DNA of 64,000 nt from Mytilus trossulus (lineage: Eukaryota): positions 33,594,313 through 33,658,312 of the forward strand of contig NC_086380.1 of the NCBI RefSeq assembly GCF_036588685.1, given 5' to 3'. Made by a program: the position numbers and the translations under genes. This document shows positions 38,276 to 52,535 of this stretch, piece after piece. The notes beneath the pieces are model-generated. The model was not told where the DNA came from. It ran no database searches and saw only the letters and a list, made by a program, of their open reading frames with translations. The first letter of the stretch is position 1. Each line of letters opens with the position of its first letter.

Positions 38276-38548
38276 CATAAAAATGAAGCTCTCGGTGGCC
38301 GAGTGTTACCTTTCCACGTCAGTTTTAATCAAGCGTCGTACTACAGTACATGATATATATATAAGGCATGGAGATGTTATTTTTTTTTACAGATCAGCTA
38401 AATTATCTATAGTAAAGGATCCTACAAATTCATTTAAGATACAGTCACAGAAAGTAATTATATTTATAAGTACGTCTGAGCCAGTGACAACTCTACAACA
38501 GATTTATCCATCGGATCACCAGCAGTGATGGTGATACATGGCTGTGTC

Positions 38549-38650
38549 GTGACATGATTTGGTGTCACGATATCTCAGTAACATGGGTTCGAATCCCGGC
38601 GAGGGAAGAACAAAAAATTTGCGAAAGCAAATTTACAGATCTAACATTGT
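38549..38650 (+). mobile_element. tRNA-derived SINE-like unit, copy 3. It is 5'-truncated and in the opposite orientation to copies 1 and 2.
   Basis: …ggtgtcacgatatctcagtaacatgggttcgaatcccggcgagggaagaacaaaaaatttgcgaaagcaaatttacagatctaacattgttgggttgatgtttagacgagttgta. Confidence 0.5.
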
Positions 38651-38995
38651 TGGGTTGATGTTTAGACGAGTTGTAAACATAACAATAACTGTCTGTAGCA
38701 TATATGTGTGTGTTACTAGTCTGCTCTTTATTTCTCCTGTTTTCGCATTAGTTTGGTTGTTTCTTGTACACTGCCAGATATTATGCGGCATAAATGATGG
38801 GTTTTTCCTGTATTTGAAGGTACATGTATGCCAATGTCTTTTTATTTGACTGGTCTTCTAGGCATATTTCATGCCGGTATTTATTTTGATGATATCTAAC
38901 TATCCTTTTCCATTTTCCTTCGATTTTGGGTGTTGCATAAGATACAAAAGAATGAGTTTCTTATTGAACGGTGTGCAAGCAACAAACAAGTTAAA

Positions 38996-41335
38996 ACCAG
39001 ATGCTCCGCAGGGCGCAGCTTTATACGACCGTAGAGGTTGAACCCTGAACGGTTGGGGCAAGTATGGACACAACATGCAAGCTGGATTCAGCTCTAAATT
39101 TGGATTGTGATTAAATAGTTGACACAGCATAGGATTCTGACACAGAATGAATGTGGTCTAATGAACTTAAAAAAAATGTTTTGCCTTTGAGCAATTCACT
39201 ATGCTGTTGAATATTAATCCTCTCAAAAAAATGTTTGAAGAAATTTTCTTTTTATTTATGAAATCTGAAATGAAAAAAATTGACCCCCCCAATTTTTTTT
39301 CACATCCCCCTTCCCTTATTTCAAAACTGATCTCAATTCAAATTTCTAATGAAGTTTGCAACAATAACTACTCATTTAAATACATCATAAAATATTAAAA
39401 TGTAAAAAAAAGTGCTTGTTATTACTGAATGGTAAAGATTGTTTTAATCTATCAGTTGGTAGTAAAAGTGAATATACATTGTATATTGTATAAAACAATG
39501 ATTTAAGTTGATTCAACTACTATTCTGGACAAAGAAAGATAACTCCAATTGAAATCCAATTGGAATTTCTTGCTATTGCACAATATTGTGCAATTAGATA
39601 TTTCTTGCTATTGTGCAATACTGTGCAATTGAAAATATTTGCTATTGCACAATACTGTGCAATTGAAGATTTCTTGCTATTGCACAATACTATGCAATTG
39701 AAGATTTCTTGCTATTGCAGAATACTGTGCAATTGAAAATTTCTTGCTATTGCACAATACTTAATATAATAATTTTGGATCCTGATTTGGACCAACTTGA
39801 AAACTGGGCCCATAATCAAAAATCTAAGTACATGTTTAGATTCAGCAAATCAAAGAGGCCCAAGGATTCAATTTTTGTTAAAATCAAACTTAGTTTAATT
39901 TTGGACCCTTTGGACTTTTATGTAGACCAATTTTAAAACCGGACCAAAAATTAAGAATCTACATACACAGTTAGATTTGGCATATCAAAGAACCCCAATT
40001 ATTCAATTTTTGATGAAATCAAACAAAGTTTAATTTTGGACCCCGATTTGGACCAACTTGAAAACTGGGCCAATAATAAAAAATCTAATTACATTTTTAG
40101 ATTCAGCATATCAAAGAACCCCAAGGATTCAATTTTTGTTAAAATCAAACTAAGTTTAATTTTGGACCCTTTGGACTTTAATGTAGACCAATTTTAAAAC
40201 CGGACCAAAAATTAAGAATCTACATACACAGTTAGATTTGGCATATCAAAGAACCCCAATTATTCAATTTTTGATGAAATCAAACAAAGTTTAATTTTGG
40301 ACCCCGATTTGGACCAACTTGAAAACTGGGCCAATAATCAAAAATCTAAGTACATTTTTAGATTCAGCATATCAAAGAACCCCAAGGATTCAATTTTTGT
40401 TAAAATCAAACTAAGTTTAATTTTGGACCCTTTGGACCTTAATGTAGACCAATTTGAAAACGGGACCAAAAATTAAGAATCTACATACACAGTTAGATTT
40501 GGCATATCAAAGAACCCCAATTATTCAATTTTTGATGAAATCAAACAAAGTTTAATTTTGAACCCTTTGGGCCCTTTATTTCTAAACTGTTGGGACCAAA
40601 ACTCCCAAAATCAATACCAACCTTCCTTTTATGGTCATAAACCTTGTGTTTAAATTTCATAGATTTTTATTTACTTATACTAAAGTTATGGTGCGAAAAC
40701 CAAGAAAAATGCTTATTTGGGTCCCTTTTTGGCCCCTAATTCCTAAACTGTTGGGACATAAACTCCCAAAATCAATACCAACCTTCCTTTTGTGATCATA
40801 AACATTGTGTGTTAATTTCATTGATTTCTATTTACTTAAACTAAAGTTATTGTGCGAAAACCAAGAATAATGCTTATTTGGGCCCTTTTTTGGCCCCTAA
40901 TTCCTAAACTGTTGGAACCAAAACTCCCAAAATCAATCCCAACCTTTCTTTTGTGGTCATAAACCTTGTGTCAAAATTTATATAGATTTCTATTAACTTA
41001 AACTAAGGTTATAGTGCGAAAACCAAGAAAATGCTTATTTGGGCCCTTTTTGGCCCCTAATTCCTAAAATATTGGGACCAAAACTCCCAAAATCAATCCC
41101 AACCTTCCTTTTGTGGTCATAAACCTTGTGTTAAAATTTCATAGATTTCTATTCACTTTTACTAAAGTTAGAGTGCGAAAACTAAAAGTATTCGGAAGAC
41201 GACGACGACGCCGCCGACGCCGACGAATACGCCGACGCCGACGACGACGCCGACGCCGACATGGACGCCAACGTGATAGCAATATACGACGAAATTTTTT
41301 TCAAATTTTGCGGTTGTATAAAAATCAATCAAGCG
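38996..41335 (-). mobile_element. Composite TIR-bounded satellite-bearing element, copy 2. Intergenic, ~1.2 kb downstream of the MVP-B stop.
   Basis: Collinear reverse complement of 26371-28250. Terminus …gcagggcgcagctttatacgaccgtagagg is at 38996 and …caaattttgcggttgtataaaaatc is at 41300-41335. An imperfect (GAC/GCC)n tract lies at 41198-41265. Confidence 0.65.
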
Positions 41336-42527
41336 AACATGACCGACAAAAAAGCCAATAATGCATAAAATTTTGCGTTAAACTTTATATACCACTTTTG
41401 GTGAACTGTCATTCCCAGAGGGTATCAACAGTACCTACCTACCGTTCCTTCGTCATTGTTTATTCAGTACATTTTATAAGGATAGCAACTCTTAGATTGT
41501 AGATTATTATGTTATTCTTTCATGTTTGTTTCTGGTTATACTATGCTCTGATTCCTTTTTCGGGTTTGGCTTTACTAATGGTCCTTTTTTGTTTTATCGG
41601 CTCTTCAATGTTTGTATTAGGTTTTTGACTTTCAAATATGTTGGCCTCGAGCATCACTAATGAGATATTAAAATTGTCTAAATACGCATCTGGTGCAATA
41701 CATCAGATATTGTACTACATATTGGTGACATTCCTTTCTATTGTCACTTGAGTGGAATGACCTTTTTATTGTACATAAGAGATAGATTTCAATAATAATT
41801 TCATAAACTACTCACTTTCGTACGTTCTGATTCACGATATTTGTTTTCATTATTAATATGTTATGATAAAGTTTTCTTGTGAATTTTTGCGTCAATACGA
41901 CCCTTTGTGGAGAATGTGCCGAATACTTAGAGTTCTATTTGGAGGGGAGATATTTTGTTTTTCCACAATGCCAGTTATACACAAGTCAAGATTATTTATC
42001 AATAAACGTTTAATTGTTGAATAACATAAACAAACATGACTCATGGAAATTGATCTCTGAAATCTCTGAAAAATGAGTAACAAACAATGTTGTGATAAAG
42101 AAAACTATTAAAATACAAAACAAATGAATGTATTGCACACATACTAAATATTGATAAATTAGTGTATAAAAGTGACCATAGACCTAATATGTTAAGACCA
42201 TGTAACAAACAATCCCATCAAATATACAAAACATACATATCTATCACTTTTTGAAGTATACAAAACATTTTACACTCTGACACTATCCCCTTCTCATCTA
42301 AACAATACACAAATCAGCCCGCCTCTATTACACATCGTTTCAAAGTTTATAAATTATACAACGTCATCAGATATTAATAAATATAACAAAGATATACCAT
42401 GGCATGTTCAAATTGTTTATAATGTTAGTATCAATAACATGTAATATTCTCAACTGATAAATTTTACAAAACAAAATACTTTCTTCACAAAATTACTAAT
42501 GTTAATAAGAAAAGCACATTCCAATAT

Positions 42528-42869
42528 TTATTCATAGCAATCATCGTCGTCATTCCGTTTTCCCCTCTTTGCTGGCATCATACCTCCAATCAATCCATTA
42601 GCTGTATTAAACAGATTAATTGGTGTGCTACCGTCCGTGATTAAGGTGGATTTCAGGCCCAGGGACTGCAACATACGGACCTGTTGGTCTGGTCCAGCTG
42701 ACGCCATGGTTGCCAATGTATTTGCTCCAATTGCGTCCACCATGTTCTTGAATTTGGTGGTTTCAATGCTTGACATTTCCCTAGATTTGCTTAGTTCAAT
42801 TTCATCTTGTTCTCGAACATATTTAAGTTCTGCATCTCTTGCTTGTGTAAGTCTTTGCAATTCAGATTC
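42528..42869 (-). CDS. MVP: MVP-B exon 12 ([113 protein letters not shown])
   Basis: ORF-track 42528-42860. Acceptor ttattttag, stop TAA (tta on the + strand at 42528-42530). Confidence 0.9.
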   Translation of the reverse strand, partial: ESELQRLTQARDAELKYVREQDEIELSKSREMSSIETTKFKNMVDAIGANTLATMASAGPDQQVRMLQSLGLKSTLITDGSTPINLFNTANGLIGGMMPAKRGKRNDDDDCYE

Positions 42870-43920
42870 CTAAAATAAGATTTTATATTGTACTAACTTT
42901 ATCATCAATAATAAAACTTGTCAGCTTTGTTGAGTTCTATGAATAGATAGCATGTAGTTTTGGTGTAACATAAATCGAAGGTTCTATCACCGAAAAAAGA
43001 ATTTCAGATAATAAAAGGATTGTGCCAAAACAGAACATGGGACATATACAAACTTGGAAACAGCACCATTATATACTCATATGCGGCTTAGCTTAGCGAA
43101 AGGTAGTGCGACGTAATCAGTCAAACAAACTTTATTAGATTAACTCTCTAAGGAACGATCGTTTCCATTGGTCAATTCAAACCTTCGACCTCACACCTGC
43201 GAAAATAGAACACACGTACTATAACGTTGAATGGACTGATCAATATTCACGTAGCTGGTCAAGGTCGTTTAAAGCTTCCATCGTCGTATTCGCGTACATG
43301 ATTGTGGTCTTGATTATCCAATCACAATTCTAGCTTTTATAAATGTGCATGTGAAATTCATTGGTTTTATAATTTTCTGCAATTGATAACAAAAATTTAA
43401 ACTTAAAAATCTAAACAGTTTTCACATTGAAATATTTCATTCAAATGTCTCCTCTAGATCAAGGGACGACATTAAAAGTTCAATGCAGGATAAAAAAAAA
43501 TCTTAATTCACATATTTTTTTCATTGACTACACCCTCCCCCACCCCAAGTTACTCGTCCTGACTACCTTTTCTTTCACTGAATGGACTCGATGAAAAATC
43601 AAACCGTACTTTACTACAAACACTTTTCATATTATTTGCCGAGTTTTAGGTATTCGACGTAGAATAGTGATTTTTTTCTGATTCCGTTTAATTGAGAGAA
43701 AAAATCCCGAAATTGTTAGTAAATTCATCACATGTTACCAACCATGATCAACCATGCTTTGTTAAGAAAAAACGGAGATGGCAAACCATGGCACAGGGGA
43801 ATTAAAAGTAGTTTATAACTCCAACGAAATACTGTGTGATGTTTTGCTATTATCGGTTGAAAAACGAACGTAAATTGTATATTCATAAATGTAAATATGT
43901 ATATGTTAATAGAAACAATC

Positions 43921-45826
43921 AGTTTTAAAAACCAGATGCTCCGCAGGGCGTAGCTTTATACGACCGCAGAGGTTGAACCCTGAACGGTTGGGGCAAGTAT
44001 GGACACAACATTCAAGCTGGATTCAGCTCTAAATTTGGATTGTGATTAAATAGTTGACACAGCATAGGTTTCTGACACAGAATGAATGTGTTCTAATGAA
44101 CTTAAAATTTTTGTTTTCTCTTAGAGCAATTCACTATGCTGTTGAATATTTATCCTCTCAAAAAAATGTTTGAAGAAATTTTCTTTTTATTTATGAAATT
44201 TCAAATGAGAAAAATTTAACCCAATTTTTTTAATCACATCCCCCTTTCCCTTATTCCAAAACTATTCTCAATTAAATTTCTAATGGAGTTTGCAACAATA
44301 ACTACTCATTTAAATACATCATAAAATATTAAGATGTAAAAAAACTGCTTGTTATCACTGAATGGTAAAGATTATTTTAATTTATCAGTTGGTAGTAAAA
44401 AGTGAATATACATTGTATGTAACAAAGATTTGAGTTGATTCTTGACAAAGAAAGATAACTCTAATTAAAAAAAAATATTGCTATTTCACAATATTGTGCA
44501 ATTAGATATTTCTTGCTTACTATTCTGGACAAAGAAAGATAACTCTAATTAAAAAAAAATATTGCTATTTCACAATATTTCACAATATTGTGCAATTAGT
44601 TATTTCTTGCCATTGTGCAATACTGTGCAATTGAAAAGACTTGCTATTGCACAATACTTAATATAATATTTTAGATCCTGATTTGGACCAACTTGAAAAC
44701 TGGGCCTTTAATCAAAAATCTAAGTACATGTTTGGATTCAGCATATCAAAGAACCCCAAGATTTCAATTTTTGTTAAAATCAAACTTAGTTTAATTTTGG
44801 ACCCTTTGGACTTTAATGTAGACCAATTTTAAAACTGGACCAAAAATGAAGAATCTACATACACATTTAGATTTGGCATATCAAGAACCCCATTTATTCA
44901 ATTTTTGATGAAATCAATCAAAGTTTAGTTTTGGACCCCGATTTGGACCAACTTGAAAACTGGGCCAATAATCAAGAATCTAAGTACATTTTTAGATTCA
45001 GCATATCAAAGAACCCCAAGGTTTCAATTTTTGTTAAAATCAAACTAAGTTTAATTTTGGACCCTTTGGACCTTAATGTAGACCAATTTGAAAACGGGAC
45101 CAAAAATTAAGAATCTACATACACAGTTAGATTCGGCATATTAAAGAACCCCAATTATTCAATTTTGATGAAATCAAACAAAGTTTAATTTTGGACCCTT
45201 TGGGCCCCTTTTTCCTTAACTGTTGGGACCAAAACTCCCAAAATCAATACCAACCTTCCTTTTATAGTCATAAACCTTGTGTTTAAATTTCATAGATTTC
45301 TATTTACTTATACTAACGCTATGGTGCTAAAACCAAGAAAAATGCTTATTTGGGTCCCTTTTTGGCCCCCAATTCCTAAACTGTTGGGACCGAAACTCCC
45401 AAAATCAATACCAACCTTCCTTTTGTGGTCATAAACATTATGTTTAAATTTCATTGATTTCTATTTACTTTAACTAAAGTTATTGTGCGAAAACCAAGAA
45501 TAATGCTTATTTGGGCCCTTTTTTGGCCCCTTATTCCTAAACTGTTGAAACCAAAACTCCCAAAATCAATCCCAACCTTTCTTTTGTGGTCATACACCTT
45601 GTGTCAAAATTTCATAGATTTCTATTAACTTAAACTAAAGTTATAGTGCGAAAACCAAGAAAATGCTTATTTGGGCCCTTTTTGGCCCCTAATTCCTAAA
45701 ATGTTGGGACCAAAACTCCCAAAATCAATACCAGCCTTCCTTTTATGGTCATAAACCTTGTGTTAAAATTTCATAGATTTCTATTCACTTTTACTAAAGT
45801 TAGAGTGCGAAAACTAAAAGTATTCG

Positions 45827-45858
<32 letters not shown>

Positions 45859-45905
45859 CAACGTGATAGCAATATACGACGAAATTTTTTTCAAAATTTG
45901 CGGTC
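43921..45905 (-). mobile_element. Composite TIR-bounded satellite-bearing element, copy 3, inside the last intron (intron 11) of MVP-B
   Basis: The same termini are present (43921 …ccgcagggcgtagctttatacgaccgcagagg; 45880-45905 …caaaatttgcggtcgtataaaaag). (GAC)n at 45828-45858. Confidence 0.65.
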
Positions 45906-47363
45906 GTATAAAAAGTGTTTATTCATTAAATGTATTGATACAAAGGTGAGCTTCTTCTTACACATGCATTTAGTCATCCTTAATTTCTTGATATTTTGTT
46001 TATCAGTTTATCATACACGTTTAGTTTTGTATTTCATTTTAAATACGAATACATATACCACATATACTTTAGCGGATAGTTCAACAATGTTATGCAGCTC
46101 TATTCTTACAGTATAAAAATGAAAGATAAATGTTCATCCATTTAAAATCGAAAACAGTACATTAATATTTAAAAAAAGAAGATGTGGTATGATTGCCAAT
46201 AATACAACTCTCCATGAGAGACCAAAATGACACAGAAATTAACAACTATATGTCACCGTACGGCTTTCAATAATTTGCAAATCCCATACCGCATAGTCAG
46301 CTATAAAAGGCCCCGAATTCGAACAAGAATTGTTCCTTATAAACTACGCTTTCTAACAAGTATTAATTTATTATTTAGTTCCACACATGCAAAAGAAATA
46401 ATCTTCGCCGATGTAATATTTCAATTTATTATGACAACCTGCCTTCACTGAATTCATTCAGGTGCACCAATGATACGATTACAGTTATTTTGTTTCTATC
46501 TTTGAGGGACAATTTCCTCCGTCTATGATACGCTTATAGCTACATTTTTGTACTGTGTGTATGTTTTATAGCATGAAAATAATAAAAGAGGAATGTCAGT
46601 GCAACCCCTCAGTAACTATTGTAATGGATCAGTATTATGAGATACTTATTATAAGTGACTATGACATTGTTACTAGTGATTCATATATTCATCTAACCCG
46701 AATAATTCAGTCGTTATATTCCGCTGATCTACGAAGTGTGGGAGAAAATCGGACACGGAAAGGGCTTGAATTATTCGAGTTAATATTCATCCGTATAAAA
46801 GCGGCACATTGTATTTTATTTATCCTTATAATTCTCATCATGCCGGGTTCAAGATAATCGAGTTGCTGCATTCATAAAGAACTTAGAATTTTACTTAAAA
46901 CAAAATATCAGTATAATATTTCGACCCCACTATTTGAAGTTAACAAAACATCTATTTAATTCTTTTGACCAAAGGTTTGTAAACTATACAAATCATTGTT
47001 TTTACGTTCGTAGTAACATAGTAAATTCCATTGTCGGTCACCTGTGTCAATTCACGTGCACACTGACTACATTGTTGTTGTATTTAAATCTTTCGGCCAA
47101 TGAAATGAGACGTAACAAGTTGTTTGTTTATGATACGCCAGAATGTTATCAATGAACTATCAAATGCTAAACTTGACTGCATTTTAGTATAAACTCGACT
47201 GTAAACTGAAATGATTCCAGTTTAAGTTTTTTGTGTATGCTATTCTTCACAACTTCATCAAACACAAACAATGAAGCTGTCAAATCTGACTGATTTAGCA
47301 TGTGACCTATTAACCACTTGCCATCAAATTCCAGTTAAAATATACATAAACCATGCTACTTAC

Positions 47364-47607
47364 TGATTCAATTTTCATTGCCTGTGATTTCAGTTTGGCC
47401 TGGTCTACAGCTGCCTCACCCTCAATCCTAGAAGCTTCAGCTCGGGACTGTGCCTCTGCTTTAGCCTGACCAGTACTTTCTACTGCAGCACTGTTTGCCT
47501 GTAATTCCAACAACTGTCTCCTGGATTTTTCGGCTTCTGCTTCATCTGAAATCTTCTGTCTCTCTAATCTTCCTTTAGCTTCCTGTTCTAATCTCTCTGC
47601 TTCATGT
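47364..47607 (-). CDS. MVP: MVP-B exon 11 ((R)[81 protein letters not shown])
   Basis: ORF-track 47310-47513. Acceptor aaatcttag, donor gtaagt. Confidence 0.85.
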
Positions 47608-48455
47608 CTAAGATTTAAAAAGCAAACTTAGAGTAATAGTTATTAATTAAATCTTCATCAAATAACATAATGCAAAAGTATGAATTAAAAGTGTATCCAT
47701 CAGTCTTAACAGACAGAGGTCATGATAAAAAAATGCTCTTTCTGTCTAAGAGTTTCCACATAAAACTATTCTCGTATAAGTTCATTTGGTTATGTAATAT
47801 ACATATAACGTTTCGCATCAAATTTGACATAATCATTTGAAGGCATTCAGACACATAATAGTTCATGCTTCAACTATACTTGATCAGTATAAACACGAAT
47901 GGGTATAATATTCATTCTTTTGGTATAAACTTAACATTAATTAAAATCAGATCTTCAACATTAAACGTTTACAGATAAGTTTACTCAGAAAATATTGTTT
48001 CTATGGATATTGTTTTTCCAAATTTGCACGCTCTGTAAACAGTTTATTCCGACTTCTGACAATTATGATCTGGACCATATATTGTTGGTTCAGAGCCATT
48101 TATACCCAATATGTCTATGTGTCACTAACCATGTTGGTACGAGTATACATTTTGTAGTACAGTCCACAACGGTTAAACAATATTACTTCTGAAGATCAAT
48201 TAGATTTAGCAGGCATGCAACATCAGAGAAATACATTCATTAACACATGCATGATGTACTTCTAATCAATTTCGAGGCAACAGTAGTTTACTAGACCTAG
48301 AAAATGTCTAGGATTGTATCGATCGAATATGGTTCAGCTTCAGTTTGTCGTGACTAATTACCAAAGTTGACAAACTAACCTACATTTCAGCGGCTTCCCG
48401 TGAGTAAAATGTGCATTCAAAGGCTAGCTTTACATATTTCTATTGAGTTACTCAC

Positions 48456-48667
48456 CTTGCAGTAGCTTCCTGTGAGTTTGTTGTGATTTCAATGGCCAGT
48501 TGTACAGATTTCTGTAAGGAATCTCTTGTTCTCTGATCTACAGGTTCAACAGATTGGATATCAATACTGGTGAATACCAAGTTGTTCTGTGGGAATCTAA
48601 AAGCTCCTCGAACTTTTCCTTTCTCATCAAAACCAAATACTGAAGATCTAATGATTCTTGCAGAATT
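48456..48667 (-). CDS. MVP: MVP-B exon 10 ([70 protein letters not shown](R))
   Basis: Acceptor tgttttag, donor gtgagt. Confidence 0.85.
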
Positions 48668-48985
48668 CTAAAACAAAAGAATGTATTTCTTTTTAGATAA
48701 CATTTGATTTTAAAGGCTCTTACGTTTTTTATGATGAAGGTTAATCAAGATAAATGGGGAATGTGTCCATAGGGACACATATGATGCCCCCGCTACCATG
48801 TAACGTTATAAAGGGACATTACTCAAAAAGGCGGGGCATAAAAAGCGCTTCGGACACACCAAATTTGATAAAGTCTTACACTCATCGTGCATTTAGGAAA
48901 ATGTTTCAGGTTTAGTATGCCCTCACTCGAATCTAATACCGTATTCCTAAAACCAGACCATTTGCTGTATAAAGATAATGCTTAC

Positions 48986-49328
48986 CTTATGGAAGTCATC
49001 AAACTGTACTTGTGCTACGGCCCCTCTGACTCTGGAAGCTATAGCCTTGCAGGCATCTCCAATGAAATCTGGTACACTGAAAATCTTAGCAGCCTCTACT
49101 TTATCCTCTTTACTTTCAATTTCAAAGTGCCAGTTGTACGACAGCTGTAATGACAGTCTTGCATGGTCAGATGTTTCTACAGTAATGATGTCAGTACTGA
49201 AGTCCGGTCCCAGAAACAGACATAAAGATTTAATGACATTGTTTTTCTTTGGTTTGCCACCAGAAAGGCTAAGCTTCGTGAATTGTTCATCAGGACCTAA
49301 TAAAACCAACTCGGGACCAAAAACAACC
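48986..49328 (-). CDS. MVP: MVP-B exon 9 ((R)[68 protein letters not shown]…QFDDFHK)
   Basis: ORF-track 48947-49309. Acceptor cttaacag, donor gtaagc. Confidence 0.9.
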
Positions 49329-49566
49329 CTGTTAAGAAAAGCAAAAATAAAGATAAACTTAAAATTTTATCACATGATTTACATATCAGGATCTTGTTAA
49401 GACATTGAATTGCTCAAATAAACAGACTTCTACTAATCAAATCCCTTTCACGAATTGAAGTTAGGTACAAGAACAGTATTATGATGACATTATCAATTCT
49501 AAACATAAAATTTAATGCTTACATTGAATCTTACTAAAAGTATCAATAACAATTTTATAAATATAC

Positions 49567-49808
49567 CTTGCTTTCTTTTCTTTATAATCGTAAATCTGTA
49601 CAGCAGCATTGTGTGGAACTCGGAAAGTGATCACACGTGTTTTATCACGTGGTTTAGGAGCCTCACTTCCTTGTTTTGGTCCTCTCTCACCAAAGGCCTG
49701 TGGGTTTTTAGCCTCAGCCAGGAGAGTCTCGACTGAGGGAGAAAGTTCTTTAGCCCATAGTTCCTCATCCTGATTCAACATGTAGGTCTCTCCAGTAACA
49801 GCTCTGAC
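49567..49808 (-). CDS. MVP: MVP-B exon 8 ([80 protein letters not shown](R))
   Basis: ORF-track 49512-49781. Acceptor cattttag. Confidence 0.9.
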
Positions 49809-50060
49809 CTAAAATGTGTATTAATATTTGATATCACAAGGTAACAAATATATATGCTCGATTCACAATTCTATTCAGTTATATTCTTATAGACCACCGA
49901 AAATTACATTCGATGTCTTAAATGATTTTGCTTTTACCCATAGATGTTTGATAGAACTTCATTACATAATATGATATAAAAAAGAAGATGTGGTATGATT
50001 GCCAATGAGACAACTATCCACAAAAGACCAAAATGACACAAACATTAACAACTATGAGGG

Positions 50061-50260
50061 GGCTGATGGGTTAATTTCGTTCTTCGTGATCGAGGATGTT
50101 TTCATTTCGTGATCCGTGAAAGATGCCAATTTTTATCGTGATCTGTGATTTTGAGGAAATTAATTTGTGATTTGGTAATGTTAATTTTTTGTGAATCGTG
50201 ATTGATATTTTTTGTTTTCCGTGATCCGTGATGAGGACCCCCCATTAGGCCCCTCAACTA
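50061..50260. mobile_element. MITE with TIR GAGGGGGCTGATGGG / CCCATTAGGCCCCTC and internal CGTGATC repeats, in MVP-B intron 7
   Basis: Terminal inverted repeat readable. ~200 bp. Same GAGGGGG…CCCCCTC end style as the element at 2521-2721. Confidence 0.5.
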
Positions 50261-50346
50261 TAGGTCACCTATCAACTGACTGACATCTTTCAGAAAAATA
50301 CACATGTATATGATTATTTGTGGAACATAGAAACTGTATGACATAC

Positions 50347-50496
50347 CTTTCCAGTTTTAATACATCTGACATAGATACCCTCATTCTCGTCAAGTGGCAG
50401 TGCAGTTCTTTTCATGGTCACCTCAACCTCCACTGGTGGAACGTATTCTGCTGGTCCCCGAATCATCCATTTATCTCCTGGTTTTCGTTCTACCTT
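50347..50496 (-). CDS. MVP: MVP-B exon 7 ([50 protein letters not shown])
   Basis: ORF-track 50314-50565. Acceptor tatttccag, donor gtatgt. Confidence 0.85.
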
Positions 50497-50940
50497 CTGG
50501 AAATAAAAGAAAATGTCAATAGAAATATTATCGTGTAATACAAAGTAAACGTCGAAAGATATCAATTATAATTTGGATTTTATACCAAAGACACCTACAA
50601 CAAGAAATAATTGTCAAACTATTCGAGCTAATGTTGCATTTACACATTCCTCATCAATAAAAGTATTCACAGAATAACTACTGGCATGGGAATAAAAGAA
50701 GCGAAGCCACATAAGCAATGGCTTTTGAAATGTTTGGACAGATACACTAGCATCTAGGCATACTTCACATGATTGCATTTTGGCGAGAAATTCTTTCTCA
50801 CAAGCTTGGGTCCTTTTTTCTGTTAACTTGTACTTATTTTGTTTAAATGTTTTGGTATAATAACAGACAGCCAATCATAAAACGAAATTACGAACAAATG
50901 ATCGCAATACTTAAAAGTGTTCAGATTTGAACATACGTAC

Positions 50941-51066
50941 AGCATCTTTATCAATGAATGATTCTGTAGCTCTCAGGATAACACCTTCATCTTCTCCAAG
51001 TACGTATACATTCTGGATTCCACTCTCAAATCGTTCTCCAGGCAGCAAAAAGAAGGAACACTCACC
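50941..51066 (-). CDS. MVP: MVP-B exon 6 ([42 protein letters not shown])
   Basis: Acceptor tgttttag, donor gtacgt. Confidence 0.85.
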
Positions 51067-51659
51067 CTAAAACATACAATATAAATATGAGAAAAACTAT
51101 ATACTCGGGAAATTAAGAAAGACGCGCCTGATGGAAACTTTAAAGTTAAATTAAAGATCAACTTTCAGCTGTCAATGAGTTCTCTTCACATTGAGAAAAA
51201 AAGAACGTTTTCCGTAAAATACACAATGTAAAGATGCTGATACGAATGCAAACTTGTTTATTGGCCGTTTCAGAATCTAAAGAACTATGGGTAATTTCAT
51301 TGTTCGTACCCTGAAATGAAAATACTGTCACGTCATTGGTTGAATTTCCATTGTTTATGAAATTTTTAATCAATCACGACGTTTTGGTGTAAATTTTTGA
51401 AAATATTATCCAGGATGCATTAGATTCTGAAACGGCGAATTGACAATTACTCTTCCGGAGTTTGTGAAATAGGAAATACATCTAACACAAGATGTTTTCG
51501 CCACGGTTAAAACTACCTTTGCTTACACAAACCCGTTTCAAATTGTCAACTTAGCAATATAATTATACTATATATCATGCAACAGCTTAACGACATGCAT
51601 TGATGAACCTTAGTTATACAGTAAATTAGCTCTGCTAAGTCTACTAACATTTTATTTAC

Positions 51660-51770
51660 CTTAACTAACTTCTTTCTACCAAGCTGTAGTCTGCCATGTT
51701 CATCGGAAGGGTCAAGGATGATACAATATTGTCTCGTGGTAAGTGTGGTGATATTGACGACTCCAACAAC
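51660..51770 (-). CDS. MVP: MVP-B exon 5 ([37 protein letters not shown])
   Basis: Acceptor gatttcag, donor gtaaat. Confidence 0.85.
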
Positions 51771-52409
51771 CTGAAATCAATATTAAAGTATATAACAAAC
51801 AAGGTATTGATGGTTTATTAGAATACTATGAAACTATTCTTCAGGCGTCACATCATTTCTTTTCAGTAGGCGTTTAGTTTCAGTTTTCCAAATACATTGG
51901 CATTACTTAAGCATTGGTGCACTACTTAGTATGAAGACTCAGGGTTTACCTGTTTTGGGCATAACTTTCTTGATGTATTACACGGGAAACCCAATATGGA
52001 AAAAGACTTGCTCGATTTTTCTGTCTAATACACTGTATTGAGTTGTACTCAAAGCATTCAAATTTTCAAATAATCTGAACTGTATTTGACTCAATCGGTA
52101 CTATTCCTGAACAGTACTTAAACGAGTCTGAGCTGTACTCAGACTGAATATATCATATTCGTAAAATGAAACTCAGAAGAGTGCCTGAGTCTGAACTGCA
52201 TCGAGTCGGAATCAAATTTTGACAAGCGTTTTGTTGTATGAAAGTGGATAAGAAAAGAAGGAAGGGATGGATCTCCCAAAAGAAAAAAACAACCAAAGAG
52301 AAGATGTGTTCCCCAGAAACGTTTTTCTTTTAATCATAAAGGGAAAATTATAAGTGTTCATTCCATATTCCATTCCCTGTTAAACCACTTATGTAACATC
52401 AGTACATAC

Positions 52410-52535
52410 CTCTTCATACACATTAGGTATGTGTGTTTCTGTGTCTGTCATTTTGATCAACCATTCCTCTCCGTTCTTTCTGGTTACACCAAAATCATCT
52501 TTAAATGTTCTCAATGATATCATATGAAGGGCTTT
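52410..52535 (-). CDS. MVP: MVP-B exon 4 (KALHMISLRTFKDDFGVTRKNGEEWLIKMTDTETHIPNVYEE)
   Basis: Acceptor tcttgcag, donor gtatgt. Confidence 0.85.

Noticed and set aside
37738-38650. Genuine tRNA genes
   Set aside because: The tRNA-like units are ~100 nt between the putative acceptor halves. The T-stem pairs imperfectly (catgg/ccggc) and I could assign no clean anticodon stem. A SINE head is more likely. tRNAscan-SE would settle it.
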